Assembly (NCBI GenBank): GCA_001189095.1
Contig: LFCK01000001.1
Location: 149,251 to 213,250, forward strand
Direction of reading: 5' to 3'
DNA from: Parcubacteria bacterium C7867-001
GTDB lineage: Bacteria > Patescibacteriota > Minisyncoccia > Phycocordibacterales > Phycocordibacteraceae
Length of the DNA: 64,000 nucleotides
In this document: positions 1 to 10,370 of the stretch, piece after piece
Position numbering within the stretch: position 1 is the stretch's first letter
Layout: each line of letters opens with the position of its first letter
Made by a program: the position numbers and the translations under genes
Notes under the pieces: model-generated
Told to the model about the DNA's origin: nothing
Seen by the model: only the letters and a program-made list of their open reading frames with translations
Databases searched by the model: none

Positions 1-413
1 CCCATGACGAAGTACTGGTCAGGTCCGAGTGTAGTCGTTCCACTATAGGTCGCATCTTCTGCGATGACATATGGCTCCTCAAGTGTGAGTTTTGTGCCGT
101 CAGTCTTGGTTATGTCGACTTTCCCGCGAGTGATGCGGAGCGTTTCTCCCGGAAGACCGATGATTCTCTTTATGTAGAAGATTTTAGGGTCGTTTGGATA
201 ACGGAAAACAACGACTTCGCCGCGTTCAGGCGCTTCAAAGCGGTAGGTTAGTTCGTCGACGATGAGGTAGTCGAGGTTTTTAAAGGTTGGGAACATGCTT
301 TCTCCTTCGACCACGAATGGTTGCGCGAGGAAAATGCGAATAGGGAGAACAATGACAATTGCGAGAACGATGAGGAGTAGGAGTTCCTTGGAAACGTTCT
401 CAATGAACTTCAT
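1..413 (-). CDS. lepB: Signal peptidase I (LepB), 3'-truncated at window edge
   Basis: Minus-strand translation from the ATG at 411-413 reads MKFIENVSKELLLLIVLAIVIVLPIRIFLAQPFVVEGESMFPTFKNLDYLIVDE...YIKRIIGLPGETL. It contains the SPase I catalytic Ser box (GESMFPT) and Lys box (YIKRIIGLPG). The ORF runs off the window start. Confidence 0.75.
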   Translation of the reverse strand, partial: MKFIENVSKELLLLIVLAIVIVLPIRIFLAQPFVVEGESMFPTFKNLDYLIVDELTYRFEAPERGEVVVFRYPNDPKIFYIKRIIGLPGETLRITRGKVDITKTDGTKLTLEEPYVIAEDATYSGTTTLGPDQYFVM

Positions 414-526
414 GTAGGAGTATTGTACGCTCCACTTTTTTCGATGCAAGTTTTTCAATTCGCCTGTAACGAAAAACCGCCACGCTTTCGCGCGGCGGCC
501 TTTTTCGAAGCAACTTGACTTCACCG

Positions 527-754
527 TTACTCGGTGTCGGGCTCTTCCGAAGCGGCACCTTCCTGAAGTTGCACCAGCAGCGAATAGCACTGCAGGGCAT
601 CAATCAGGCCGTCCGACTCGGCTTTAACCGTCACGAGCGCGATTTCCACCGCCTTTGCGTCATTGCGTTCCAGAGCGTCTTTCAGCTCCGTGGGGCATTT
701 GTCGCCCCCAAACGCGATGAGGCATCGAGCAATGAAGTCCTTAGAGAAAGCCAT
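527..754 (-). CDS. Small acidic hypothetical protein (75 aa)
   Basis: C-terminal part of the ORF-track frame 527..1063 starting at MAFSKDF. It lies in the intergenic gap between lepB and pth, in the same orientation as lepB. No recognisable domain. Confidence 0.3.
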   Translation of the reverse strand: MAFSKDFIARCLIAFGGDKCPTELKDALERNDAKAVEIALVTVKAESDGLIDALQCYSLLVQLQEGAASEEPDTE

Positions 755-863
755 GAGGCCCCCCTTAGCTGCACCGGAGGAATGTACCGGCCTACCTACC
801 ATAGTACGCCATATATGACGTATTGTCAAGTATGAAGGGCGCCGCGTGCTACACTCGGGACTA

Positions 864-1463
864 ATGGCATTTGTGATCGTCGGACTCGGGAATCCCGGCA
901 AGGAATATGACAAGACCCGCCACAACGCGGGTCGCATGGCAGTCGAACTTCTCGCGAAGCAGGAAGATTTCGATGATTTTGAATTTAATAAAAAAGCGAA
1001 CGCGCTGGTGACCGACGGAACTATCGACGGCGAGAAAGTCACACTCGTACTTCCCGAGACCATGATGAATCTTTCAGGGAAATCTATTCCGGCCTACGTA
1101 AAAAGCGTGAAGGCTGCAAAAAATATGCTCGTGCTCCAAGACGAGCTCGATTTGCCGCTCGGTACCTTGAAAATGGTGTTCGGGAGGAATTCCGGTGGGC
1201 ACAAAGGCATCGAAAGCATCATGCGCGCTTTGAAAACCAAGGAATTCGCGCGCATTCGCGTCGGCATTTCAGGAGAAGGGAAAAAGCATCAAGCAAAAAA
1301 GCCGAATGGTGACGAGAAAGTAATTAAGCACGTCATTGGGAAATTCAAGCCGACAGAAGAAGCGGTTCTTAAGAAAAGCCTCAAGAAGGCGGTGCTTGCT
1401 GCGCGCACGTTTGTTACCGATGGTTGTGAACAGGCGACGATGGTCGCTAATACCCGCTCCTAA
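864..1463 (+). CDS. pth: Peptidyl-tRNA hydrolase
   Basis: MAFVIVGLGNPGKEYDKTRHNAGRMAV... matches the Pth N-terminal signature (GLGNPG...TRHNAG). Start taken at the ATG at 864 inside the longer ORF-track frame. Confidence 0.9.
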   Translation: MAFVIVGLGNPGKEYDKTRHNAGRMAVELLAKQEDFDDFEFNKKANALVTDGTIDGEKVTLVLPETMMNLSGKSIPAYVKSVKAAKNMLVLQDELDLPLGTLKMVFGRNSGGHKGIESIMRALKTKEFARIRVGISGEGKKHQAKKPNGDEKVIKHVIGKFKPTEEAVLKKSLKKAVLAARTFVTDGCEQATMVANTRS

Positions 1464-1507
1464 ACTTCCGTGCTAGGATGGCCGCTTGCATCGAATAGGA
1501 GGATGCA

Positions 1508-1855
1508 GTGAATGCTCAAGCCGCGGGTGTTACGCCCGCACAAACTGTCAGCTCCGACCGGACTCAACTGGCGGAAAAGCGGAAAATCGATCTTTGTAAC
1601 GACCTCGTGACGCTTCATCGGCAATATCCGCCTTTGCGGACGCCGAGCGGCGACCCCATTCCGTGCTCTACGGTGATGAATTTCGCCGCCGAGCGCTTGC
1701 TCAAGTATGCGGGGGAGAGTGGCATGTTCATGCATCACTCTCAACACGAATGGAAGCTCCTGCTCATCAAGATGGGCGCGGAACTCCGTTACGTCTTTTC
1801 GGCGCAATCCGAAGAAGACTTCAAGATGCGGTTTGCGGCCAGTAAGTGGTCGTGA
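1508..1855 (+). CDS. Hypothetical protein (115 aa)
   Basis: GTG start preceded by TAGGAGG at 1496-1503. A hairpin plus T-run follows immediately (1871-1901). The overlapping minus-strand ORF is Arg-rich and looks like an antisense artefact. Confidence 0.5.
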   Translation: MNAQAAGVTPAQTVSSDRTQLAEKRKIDLCNDLVTLHRQYPPLRTPSGDPIPCSTVMNFAAERLLKYAGESGMFMHHSQHEWKLLLIKMGAELRYVFSAQSEEDFKMRFAASKWS

Positions 1856-1870
1856 GCTAGTACAAAACAA

Positions 1871-1901
1871 CGCGCCGGACCTTTGGTCCGGCGCGTTTTC
1901 C
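1871..1901 (+). terminator. Rho-independent terminator hairpin (cgcgccggacc ttt ggtccggcgcg + ttttcc)
   Basis: Perfect 11-bp inverted repeat followed by a T-rich tract directly after the 1508..1855 stop codon. Confidence 0.6.
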
Positions 1902-1938
1902 GTTTGCGAGAGCGGTATCCATCGGCGATACTCTACTG

Positions 1939-2709
1939 ATGAAAGATTTTCCTGACATTTTCCGCACGCGGTTCGATGACATCGTGTGCGAGTTTATTCT
2001 TCCAGCGCGTGAGTCGAAGAAAGTCATCATCCTCGCTGCAGGCGCTCCGGGGTATCCGGGCGGCAAAGACGACCTTATGCATTTCCTTTCGAAGAAAGGG
2101 TATTGGGTCTTCCTTCCGCGCTATCGCGGTACGTGGGAGAGTGATGGAAAATTCCTTGAGTTCTCTCCACACGAAGATCTCCTCCATGTCATGGACAAGC
2201 TGTCGACGGGCGACTTCATCGATCTCTGGAGCGGAACCTCGCATCAGATAGAAAATCCCGAGTTCTATCTCATCGGCGGGAGTTTCGGTGGTGCGGCAGC
2301 CATTCTAGCCTCGCGCGATCCGCGTGTCGTTAAAGCGGCGACCATTTGCGGCGTTGTTGACTGGCGCGAGCAGGAAGAGCACAGCATCGAATCACTTGAG
2401 GTTATGAGCACCTATGTGCCAGCGGCCTTTGGCCAAGCATACCGAAATGGCCCTGATGTATGGAAGAAACTCGTGATCGGGGATTTCTATAACCCCGCAT
2501 GGGAATCAGAAAGTATACTCGGTGTGAAGCTGCTCATGATGCACAACGAGGACGACCGCGTCGTTCCGATCGAAATCTCGAAGAAGTTCGCGGAGAATGT
2601 TGCCGCAACGTTCGTTTCTTTTAAGCAGGGAGGTCATCGCGCGCTTGGTGTGGTGCCTGAAGCGCGCTATTGGAATCGCATCGACAAATTTTTCCGCACC
2701 CCCCGCTAG
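1939..2709 (+). CDS. Alpha/beta-hydrolase fold serine hydrolase (esterase / dienelactone-hydrolase-like)
   Basis: GxSxG nucleophile elbow (LIGGSFGGAAA) and a later HNEDDRVVP segment consistent with the acid/His part of the fold. 256 aa. Confidence 0.75.
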   Translation: MKDFPDIFRTRFDDIVCEFILPARESKKVIILAAGAPGYPGGKDDLMHFLSKKGYWVFLPRYRGTWESDGKFLEFSPHEDLLHVMDKLSTGDFIDLWSGTSHQIENPEFYLIGGSFGGAAAILASRDPRVVKAATICGVVDWREQEEHSIESLEVMSTYVPAAFGQAYRNGPDVWKKLVIGDFYNPAWESESILGVKLLMMHNEDDRVVPIEISKKFAENVAATFVSFKQGGHRALGVVPEARYWNRIDKFFRTPR

Positions 2710-2759
2710 AGCGAGGACATTCAAAACGAGGCATTGCGGGAGCGCTCGGAAATCAAGGA

Positions 2760-2805
2760 GGCGAGTAGCAAAAACGCACTGTGTGAGCAGTGCGAGTTTG
2801 CGTTT
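2760..2805. terminator. Bidirectional terminator between convergent genes (caaaaacgca ... tgcgtttttg)
   Basis: 10-bp inverted repeat with A-run and T-run flanks, placed between the + hydrolase gene and the minus rpsA gene. Confidence 0.5.
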
Positions 2806-2881
2806 TTGCGTGAAGCGAGCCGACTATGATTTCCGTAGCGCGGAAGCAGGGTGCGTCTCGTTTTTAATGTCCGAGCGGTCT

Positions 2882-4000
2882 CTACTTCTTTCCTGCGAAG
2901 GCGAGCGTCATGCGCTGGTCCTTTGGCTCGAAGAGCTTGATGACGAACGGATAGCTCTTGCCGAGTTCGAGTGTCTCGCGGAGTTCCTGCGGACTTTCGA
3001 ATTCCGACATGTGGACGAGTCCGGCAACACCTTCCTCGATGGATGCGAGTGCGCCATGCTTGTTGTACTTGATGACAACGCCCGTAACCTCCATGCCCTT
3101 CTTGTAGCGATCGTTTGCCGACTTCCAAGGGTTCTCTTTGAGCGCCTTGATGGAGAGGGAGACTTTGCCTTCCTTTATCTCGATGACTTTGACCTTTACC
3201 GCGTCGCCCACCTTGAACATTGCGCGCGGGTCTTCAACGAGGCCCCAGTCGAGCTCAGAGATGTGCACGAGGCCTTCGAGGCCCTGTTCGAGCTTCACGA
3301 AGACGCCGAAGTCGACTGCGCCGGTGACTTCGCCGTTTACGACGTCACCAACCTGATACTTATCGACGAGTGATGCCTTCTCAGTCTCTTCCTCATCGAG
3401 ACGTTCAGAGAAGATGAGTTTTCCTTCCTTCGCGTCTGCGGTGATGATGCGGACCGGAAGCGTGGTGCCCACGAGCTTGCCGAGTTCAGAAAGGATTTTG
3501 TCCTTATCTCCTTCCGGCACGCGCGGATAATGATCCTTCGTAAGCTGAGAAGCAGGAAGGAAGCCCTTGATGCCCTGCCATGAAAGGATGAGGCCGCCCT
3601 TGTTCGCTTCTTCGACGGTGAGGTTGTAGATGGTCTGAGAAATGATTGCGGTTTCCGCTTCACCCCAGATAGCTGCCTGACGAGCTTCCTTGAGAGAGAG
3701 TTCGATGTAGCCATCGCGACCAGAAAGGTCAACGACCTTCGCCGTGATGGTGTCGCCCGGATTCGCCTTGCGAAGGACGTCCGCTGCGTTGAGGTATTCG
3801 CGGCCGTAAATGAGGCCGGTGCCGAACGGCGGAAGATCGACGTACACCTTGCCGCGGGTAAGTGCGATGATGGTGCCCTCGATCAAATCTCCCGAACGAG
3901 GCGGGGTAGCGATGCTTTCGATAAGACCGGCCATTGGGTGGCCTTCTTCGACAACGACCGTCATGGGGATGGTCGGAGTCTTTTTCTCCTCGTGCTCCAT
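2882..4000 (-). CDS. rpsA: 30S ribosomal protein S1 (multi-S1-domain)
   Basis: Repeated S1-domain patterns (GxxVxGxVxxxxxxGxFVxL, e.g. GDVVNGEVTGAVDFGVFVKLEQGLEGLVHISEL). Start assigned to the internal ATG (MEHEEKK...). Alternative start 27 nt upstream at 4027. No strong SD at either, which is typical for rpsA. Confidence 0.85.
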   Translation of the reverse strand: MEHEEKKTPTIPMTVVVEEGHPMAGLIESIATPPRSGDLIEGTIIALTRGKVYVDLPPFGTGLIYGREYLNAADVLRKANPGDTITAKVVDLSGRDGYIELSLKEARQAAIWGEAETAIISQTIYNLTVEEANKGGLILSWQGIKGFLPASQLTKDHYPRVPEGDKDKILSELGKLVGTTLPVRIITADAKEGKLIFSERLDEEETEKASLVDKYQVGDVVNGEVTGAVDFGVFVKLEQGLEGLVHISELDWGLVEDPRAMFKVGDAVKVKVIEIKEGKVSLSIKALKENPWKSANDRYKKGMEVTGVVIKYNKHGALASIEEGVAGLVHMSEFESPQELRETLELGKSYPFVIKLFEPKDQRMTLAFAGKK

Positions 4001-4441
4001 ATATATAAGACAGGCGGCCCTGCGCATCTCGGGGATTGAAGCTCTCGCCTCAAGGGTTATTCCGATAGCGTCTTACGCGGTCCCAGCCCGTAACGGGAGG
4101 ACTATAGCATTTAGAGCATGAAAAGCAAAATCCCCCGACGCTAGGCGCCGGGGGATTCGTTTCTCTCTCTGAGTCCGCGTTTTTCTCTAAACAAGGGTCA
4201 CCGTATTGCTACGGCGGTGTTCCTGAGTAGTACACGCGCACCTCCTAAGGGAGTAAAATTATCGGAAGGACTTTTTCTGCTAGCGGCGCCTACATCGCTG
4301 GCGTCGGGTCACTGCCTTCCGAACTGTGCCGTTGGCTACCCTAGCATGACATATAAAAACTGTCAAGCACGCGGGGGTAAAAAAGAAAGCGCGCTAGGCA
4401 GAGCCTAGCGCGCTTGGTACGAGAGGGTCTCGAAGCCGATC

Positions 4442-5480
4442 TTAGAAGATCAGCTGCTTCGAGTTCATGACGCGGTCGACGACTTCTTGTTCGATTGGGA
4501 AATCGCCGTATTGGACGATGATTGCCGTCGCGGAGCCGTGCCGAGTGACCACGATGGGGTCCCAGCCGGACTCGCGTTCGATGCGCCGGCGTTCCCGCTC
4601 GGCGTGTGCATCGGCTTTCATCTTGTCGTAGGCGCCCTTGCGGGTGTCGAGGAACGCGCGGATCGGATCGTCGATGAGGCGAATAGCACCGCCGACCACG
4701 TAGGTCGTGAGCTTGAATTTCGCCTCATGCGCTTTGAGCAGATTGGTTTGGGCGTCTTCCGGCGCTTCGGGGAGTTCGATTTTCATCGAGACGCTCATGC
4801 CTGTCGGTTCGACGAGATTCGGCCAGAGCGCTTTTGCGCGCGCGTCCGGATCTTTCGGCATACGCCGCTTCAGGAGTTCGTATTCGAACTTCTTCGCAAC
4901 GTCTGGTCGCTGGGTCTCGCCGTCGAAGTTCATCGAGTTGACGATTCCGCCAACAAGGCCGCCGACGACAATTGCCAAAATGACGCAGTCGATGACGGTC
5001 CAGATCATGAACCAGTGTGCGAGATAGTGGGTCAGAAAGATACCCACAGCGACGCCTGCGGCGGCGCCGATGAGACCGGCGATGGCCGCATGGTTCTCCA
5101 TGGCGTCTTTCGCGTCGTCGACGACTTGGTCGAGAAGCGCGGTATCCGCTCTCACAGCGCTGTGTTCGTTGGGTTCGAACCGGAAGAGGCCGGCCGCTTT
5201 GGTGATGGCGTCCCATGAGGTGGTCGGAACCACGGTCAGGTAGGAAACGCCAGCGGTTTCGAGCTTTTGTTTGATCGCCGCTTCATCCGCCTGATAGGCC
5301 CGAAGGGCCTGTCGGTGGGTTTCAGTGGCGCGCTCGACGACGGCACCGTCATAGACTTTGATGCCGGCGATGCGCCTGTGCGCGTTGGCCGTGTCGACGA
5401 AGGGTGTCGGGTCAGCAATCTGCTTTTCGACAGCTTTTCCGACCGCCTCGTTGATATACGCGAGATTTGTGCTCGCCATG
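4442..5480 (-). CDS. Hypothetical membrane protein (346 aa; central TM helices, charged C-terminal domain)
   Basis: Start MASTNLAYINE preceded by AAGGAGAG SD. Central hydrophobic segment (AIAGLIGAAAGVAVGIFLTHYLAHWFMIWTVIDCVILAIVVGGLVGGIV). Hairpin terminator downstream at ~4390-4420. No domain recognised. Confidence 0.6.
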
Positions 5481-5671
5481 ATTACTCTCCTTAAAAGAGC
5501 GCGCAGGGACGAATTCCCCACGATGGAGTGAATAGTATGTAAAATACGGTTTATGTCAAATTGAAACCCCGGCGCAAAGCGCCGGGGTTTGGAGGATAAG
5601 AAGGGGTGATGAAAATGCTTCCAAACAGCCTCCTTTCATCAGTCGCGAGCGGAACGTTCGCGAGGCGAGAG

Positions 5672-5872
5672 TTAGATCGTCTCGTCGCTCACCGTGCCGG
5701 GCCACGTCTCGATGGTGATCCCATCGTCGCCGATGCTGCCGCCGTCAGGCCAGCAACCACCGCCACCACCGTCGCCGAGATGGCCATGGCCGTCCGAGAC
5801 GCCCCAGCCTTCGATCGTCGTCTCCGGCTTCTTGAAAGCCGGTCGCACCCGCACCCGTTTTTGAATGAGCAT
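5672..5872 (-). CDS. Small Gly/Asp-rich protein (66 aa)
   Basis: AAGGGAG SD immediately upstream of the ATG. A GC hairpin terminator (5567-5589) lies downstream on the same strand. Sequence ...GHGHLGDGGGGGCWPDGGSIGDDGITIETWPG. The opposing + ORF 5606..5917 has no signals. Confidence 0.4.
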   Translation of the reverse strand: MLIQKRVRVRPAFKKPETTIEGWGVSDGHGHLGDGGGGGCWPDGGSIGDDGITIETWPGTVSDETI

Positions 5873-6227
5873 GACTCACTCCCTTTATTTGAATCAGGAC
5901 AGTCCCGATTCGCCTGACTTTGACGATAGCACGCATATGTAAATAAAAAAGCCCGAGCAGTGCTCGGGCCGTGGGGAGGGGCGGTGATAGCCGCCCCTCC
6001 TTCGCCGTAGCGATCCTTTATTCACCTGGGATCTAGGCGACGACGTGACCGTCCGATTGTTTGCGCATATGCAACTCCCGTGGCACACGATTGATATCCG
6101 GACCTATTGGGTTTATCTGACCCAGTTCGCGGATTAAGGGAGAATAGCATTCGAATACAGAGCCACAAGGTCACGCCCTGTATAACATTTGCATGCGGCG
6201 CCCTTCATTTTTTGCTACAATTCATGA

Positions 6228-6869
6228 ATGGTCATCACCCATCACGGCGGTCAGTGTTTCAAGGTTACCTTCGGCGACATCACCGTCGTCTTCGACCCCG
6301 TCAGCAAGAGCGGGACGCTCCCCGCGGTACGTTTTGGCGCGGACATCGCGCTCGTTTCGAGGAATCATCCAGACATGAATGGTGTCGAAGAAGTTACCTT
6401 CGGTAACAAGGAACCATTTGCTATTACCGGACCCGGTGAATACGAGTTCGGCGGCGTGACCGTGCAAGGCTTCCTCACCAAAAGCGAATACGGACTTAAG
6501 AAAGGAGAAGCGAACGCAATAAATACCGTCTACGCAGTGAAGCTTGAGAACATGACGCTTGTGCATTTGGGTGCACTCGCCGAGCCGAATCTTTCAGTCG
6601 AGGCGCGCGAAGCAATCGACGACATCGACGTGCTTTTCGTACCGGTCGGTGCCGATGGCGTGCTCGATGCCGCAGCCGCAAGCAAGATAGCGACCACACT
6701 CGAGCCGCACATCATAATCCCGATGCACTGGAGTGGCATGGGCGCCCCTAAATCGCTCGATGCCTTTATAAAGGAGGAGGGCGGCTCTTCAGAAAAGACC
6801 GATAAGCTCACCCTGAAAAAGAAGGATGCAGCAGAGAAGGACGGTGCTATCATAGTCATAACGCCCTAA
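6228..6869 (+). CDS. Metallo-beta-lactamase-fold metal-dependent hydrolase (UPF0173-like)
   Basis: N-terminus MVITHHGGQCFKVTFGDITVVFDP resembles the MKITxxGHxCF family start. 213 aa. Later histidine (PMHW) and aspartate positions typical of the MBL fold. Confidence 0.7.
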   Translation: MVITHHGGQCFKVTFGDITVVFDPVSKSGTLPAVRFGADIALVSRNHPDMNGVEEVTFGNKEPFAITGPGEYEFGGVTVQGFLTKSEYGLKKGEANAINTVYAVKLENMTLVHLGALAEPNLSVEAREAIDDIDVLFVPVGADGVLDAAAASKIATTLEPHIIIPMHWSGMGAPKSLDAFIKEEGGSSEKTDKLTLKKKDAAEKDGAIIVITP

Positions 6870-6874
6870 CGCTT

Positions 6875-7189
6875 ATGAAAGACCTCGTCGAACGCCTCCG
6901 CGCAAAGCCTGAGCACATCCGCCGCCGCATCACGCTCGGAACGAGTGTCGGCGTCACCGGCGTTGTCGCCATTGCGTGGCTCATCGCGTTGGTCACTTCA
7001 AGTCCGCTCCTGCTTCCGACTACTTCCGTAAATCTTGCAAACACCGGCCCGCAATTCCCGAATCTCCTCGGCGGAGCAGCCGCTGCGTTTGGTTCGCCTG
7101 AAGCGAACTCACTCACAATTGAAGATGGGGCTGCTTCTTCGACGCTCGATAGGAGCGAAACTGATACTCGCACCGTCATTCCGTTTTAA
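6875..7189 (+). CDS. Hypothetical small membrane protein (104 aa)
   Basis: One TM helix ([16 protein letters not shown]). Sits immediately upstream of gyrA on the same strand. Confidence 0.45.
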   Translation: MKDLVERLRAKPEHIRRRITLGTSVGVTGVVAIAWLIALVTSSPLLLPTTSVNLANTGPQFPNLLGGAAAAFGSPEANSLTIEDGAASSTLDRSETDTRTVIPF

Positions 7190-7191
7190 TC

Positions 7192-9657
7192 ATGGCTAAG
7201 AAGGAAGCACCGGAAACGCCTCCGCAGAATGCGGCACAGGTCATAGAGCAGAGCATTGTCGGCGAGATGCGCTCGTCGTATCTCGACTATGCAATGTCCG
7301 TCATCACGAGTCGCGCGCTTCCGGACGTTCGTGACGGTTTGAAGCCGGTGCATCGCCGCATCCTCTACTCGATGTATGAAAACGGGAACACGGCGAGCGG
7401 TCGCACGAAGAAATCGGCAACGGTGGTCGGCGACGTGATCGGTAAGTATCACCCGCACGGCGACGTTGCTGTGTACGACGCGATGGTAAAGCTCGCTCAG
7501 GAATTCACGACACGTTATCCGCTCATCATCGGTCAAGGTAACTTCGGTTCGGTCGACGGTGATCCACCGGCAGCCTACCGCTACACCGAAGCGAAAATGT
7601 CGCGCCTCGGCGGCTCTTTGCTTGATGATCTCGATAAGGAGACGGTGTCGTGGAATCCAAACTACGATGGCTCGAAGAAAGAGCCAGTGGTGCTTCCGGC
7701 GACAGTTCCGAACCTTCTCCTCAATGGCACGCTCGGCATCGCCGTCGGTATGGCGACGAATATTCCGCCGCACAATCTGCGCGAAGTGGTTGCAGCAACC
7801 ACGCACCTCATCGATGACTCGTCAGCAACCACCGACGATCTCCTTGAGTTCGTGAAGGGTCCTGACTTCCCGCTTGGTGCCGTTGCGTTCAATCAGGCGG
7901 ACATTAAGCACGCCTATGTAAACGGTAAGGGCGGCGTGGTCGTGCGCGGCGAGGCGGAAATCATCGAAGAGAAGAAGGGAACCATCATCGTCATCACCTC
8001 CATTCCGTTCCGCGTGAACAAGGCGGATCTCATCACCCGCATGGCAGAACTCGTGCATGAAAAGAAGCTTGAGGGCATCAAGGACCTTCGCGATGAATCG
8101 ACCGACGACATCCGTGTCGTGGTGGAACTCAAAGGTACGGCGCATCCGCAGCAGGTCTTGAACGCGCTCTACAAGCATACCGAGCTCGAGAGCACCTTCC
8201 ACTACAACATGCTCGCGCTTGTCGACGGCGTGCCGCAGACACTTTCTTTGAAGGGCATCCTCGAGCAGTTCATCAAGCATCGCCGCGAGGTGGTGAAGCG
8301 CCGCACGGAATACGATCTTAGGAAAGCGGAAGAGCGCGAGCATATTCTCCTCGGCCTCTCCAAAGCACTCGATCATATCGATGAAATCATCGCGATCATC
8401 AAGAAGTCGAAGGATGTTCCGGAAGCGGACGCGGCGCTCCAAAAGAAATTTAGTTTCTCTGAACGCCAGACGGCCGCCATCCTTGCGATGCGTCTCCAGA
8501 CGCTCGCTGGTCTCGAGCGCAAGAAAATCGAAGACGAACTCACGGAAATTCAGGAACTCATCAAGAAGCTGAAGAAAATCCTTTCCTCGGAAAAGAATAT
8601 CCTCGCCGTTGTTCGCGAAGAGCTCGTTGCGGTCGCTGAGAAGTACGGCGACGATCGCCGCACGAAGATCGTGAAGGGTGGCGTAAAAAATATTTCCATA
8701 GAAGACATGGTGCCGGATGAGGAGTCCGTGCTCGTGATTACTGCAGGCGGATACGTGAAGCGCACGAATCCGAATGAATACAAAGCGCAGAAGCGTGGCG
8801 GCGTCGGCGTTATCGACATGTCGACCAAGGAAGAAGATGTGGTGACGCATTTCCTCTCCACCAGTGCGCATTCGGATCTCCTCTTCTTTACCGACTACGG
8901 CAAGGTGTACCAGACGAAGATGTACGACATTCCGGAAGGACGCCGTGCAACCAAGGGAAAGTCCATTATGAACTTCCTCCCGCTTGCGGCCGACGAAAAG
9001 GTGACGAGCGTTTTGCCGGTGCCGAAGGGAGCCGAGCGCGCTGCGCTTTCGGTGGTACTTGTGACGGACGCCGGTGTCGTGAAGAAGGTCGAGGCGAAAA
9101 ATTTTGCAGACGTGCGTCGCTCGGGCATCATCGCTATCAATCTCAAAGCGCCAGACAGGCTCGTTTCCGCAAACCTTGCGGGCACGGGCGACAGCGTTTC
9201 CATCGTTACCTCCGCTGGTCAATCAATTCGTTTTGACGAAGAAGAAGTTCGCGCAATGGGACGCACGGCAGCGGGTGTCCGCGGCATGAGCGTGAAGAAA
9301 GGAGACTATGTCGTCTCAGCGGAAGTCATTCCGGCAAACGCAAAGAAAGCAGCGCTCCTTGTCGTCATGGAGAAGGGTTACGGCAAGCACACTGATATGG
9401 ATGAATATAAGGTGCAGGGTCGCGGCGGCTCCGGAATAAAGACGGCGGACGTGACCGCGAAGACGGGAAAGATTATCGGTGCGAAAGTTCTCGCAGGCGA
9501 GGATTTGAAAGTAGAAGAAATCGTCGTCATTTCGAAGAAGGGACAAGTCATCCGCGTTTCAGCATCAGAAATCCCATCACTTTCGCGCGCGACGCAGGGC
9601 GTACGCATTATGAAAATGCGCGAAGGGGATTCCATCGCTTCCATGGTCGCTCTGTAG
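7192..9657 (+). CDS. gyrA: DNA gyrase subunit A
   Basis: Canonical GyrA blocks: [37 protein letters not shown] (active-site Tyr), [14 protein letters not shown]. 821 aa with C-terminal beta-pinwheel repeats. Confidence 0.95.
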   Translation: MAKKEAPETPPQNAAQVIEQSIVGEMRSSYLDYAMSVITSRALPDVRDGLKPVHRRILYSMYENGNTASGRTKKSATVVGDVIGKYHPHGDVAVYDAMVKLAQEFTTRYPLIIGQGNFGSVDGDPPAAYRYTEAKMSRLGGSLLDDLDKETVSWNPNYDGSKKEPVVLPATVPNLLLNGTLGIAVGMATNIPPHNLREVVAATTHLIDDSSATTDDLLEFVKGPDFPLGAVAFNQADIKHAYVNGKGGVVVRGEAEIIEEKKGTIIVITSIPFRVNKADLITRMAELVHEKKLEGIKDLRDESTDDIRVVVELKGTAHPQQVLNALYKHTELESTFHYNMLALVDGVPQTLSLKGILEQFIKHRREVVKRRTEYDLRKAEEREHILLGLSKALDHIDEIIAIIKKSKDVPEADAALQKKFSFSERQTAAILAMRLQTLAGLERKKIEDELTEIQELIKKLKKILSSEKNILAVVREELVAVAEKYGDDRRTKIVKGGVKNISIEDMVPDEESVLVITAGGYVKRTNPNEYKAQKRGGVGVIDMSTKEEDVVTHFLSTSAHSDLLFFTDYGKVYQTKMYDIPEGRRATKGKSIMNFLPLAADEKVTSVLPVPKGAERAALSVVLVTDAGVVKKVEAKNFADVRRSGIIAINLKAPDRLVSANLAGTGDSVSIVTSAGQSIRFDEEEVRAMGRTAAGVRGMSVKKGDYVVSAEVIPANAKKAALLVVMEKGYGKHTDMDEYKVQGRGGSGIKTADVTAKTGKIIGAKVLAGEDLKVEEIVVISKKGQVIRVSASEIPSLSRATQGVRIMKMREGDSIASMVAL

Positions 9658-9794
9658 TTCCTCCGAAAATACGCCATCTGCTGCGTTGCGGAGCCTCCCG
9701 ATTTCTTCCAAGGAACTGATTTTTTAGTGATCGAAAATAATACAGCAAATAAGCCATACTTTTAGCACTCTGGGTGGACATTTTTTAAAAGTAC

Positions 9795-9822
9795 TTGACA
9801 AATTTAGTGGTTTGTGTATATT
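9795..9822 (+). promoter_or_regulatory. Near-consensus sigma70 promoter (TTGACA - 16 nt - TATATT)
   Basis: TTGACA at 9795-9800 and TATATT at 9817-9822. Predicted TSS around 9829-9831 (gggagaagg). Confidence 0.55.
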
Positions 9823-9829
9823 GGGAGAA

Positions 9830-10370
9830 GGTTAGTCAAGTGGGATGCCGTTTGTTTTGGAGGTACCGGGCAACCGGGAGACCACTCAAGCGCCGCACTG
9901 GCTTTGGAACTGCTGGGATGCTTCTGGGGGCACTCGTTGCCTTTTGGACAGGGGATCTTAGCGGTGAAGGAGACAGAAACGGACCGTCGTAGGGCCTCGA
10001 AACCCTCGATCAGAGGTCCGCAGCAAGAGCGGACAGCAGGCATCTGCACTCTGACGTTGTTCTTTTGAAACGTAAAACAAAAGAGGTAACCAGGTTGGAC
10101 TTCGGGCGATTTTCGCTCGGTCCGCTGCGAGGCGCTTGTCGCCCGCAGAAAATCTAACCCCTGGATGAGTCGCGTGCGACTCATGGGTAGCCGGATAAAC
10201 GCGGCGTGGGTCTCTAATGACTTGCGCACATCGCGTCCCAAAACCGGTAGGCAAATGAAACGAGCCTCGGAATCGGAAGTTGGCTTCGAACACCAACTCT
10301 GACGACGAAACAGTTCACCCCGAAGGGCCGACTCGCACTTAGTTGCGACGAGGCCCTTTATCTTTTTCTA
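9830..10370 (+). ncRNA. Candidate ~540-nt structured non-coding RNA or long leader (family unknown)
   Basis: ~700 bp without a credible ORF in an otherwise tightly packed genome. GC-rich with many local hairpins. Bounded by the promoter above and by a weak hairpin plus U-tract (cgaggccctttatctttttc, ~10325-10370). No RNase P, tmRNA, SRP or 6S signature found by eye. Confidence 0.3.

Noticed and set aside
527-1063. Full-length 178-aa minus ORF overlapping pth
   Set aside because: The 5' two-thirds is antisense to the clearly real pth gene. Only the C-terminal 75-aa portion lying in the lepB-pth spacer was kept, as a low-confidence call.
1460-1870. 136-aa minus ORF opposite the 1508-1855 plus ORF
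   Set aside because: Arg-rich with no SD, whereas the plus-strand ORF has TAGGAGG and a downstream terminator. Only the plus-strand gene was kept.
5606-5917. 103-aa plus ORF overlapping the small Gly-rich minus gene
   Set aside because: No SD or terminator in its orientation. The minus-strand ORF has both.
7822-9222. 466-aa minus-strand ORF inside gyrA
   Set aside because: Perfectly antisense to a confidently identified GyrA gene. Arg/His-rich low-complexity translation, no SD, and no terminator of its own. Long antisense ORFs are expected in GC-rich coding DNA.
9830-10370. RNase P RNA, tmRNA, SRP RNA or 6S RNA identity for the gyrA-downstream non-coding region
   Set aside because: No GGAAAGTCCGGGC / ACAGAAxCCGGCTTA P4 blocks. 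No tRNA-like GGTTCGANTCC...CCA 3' end or tag ORF ending in a stop. No SRP domain-IV GGAAG...AGCAGC motif. Left as an unknown candidate RNA.
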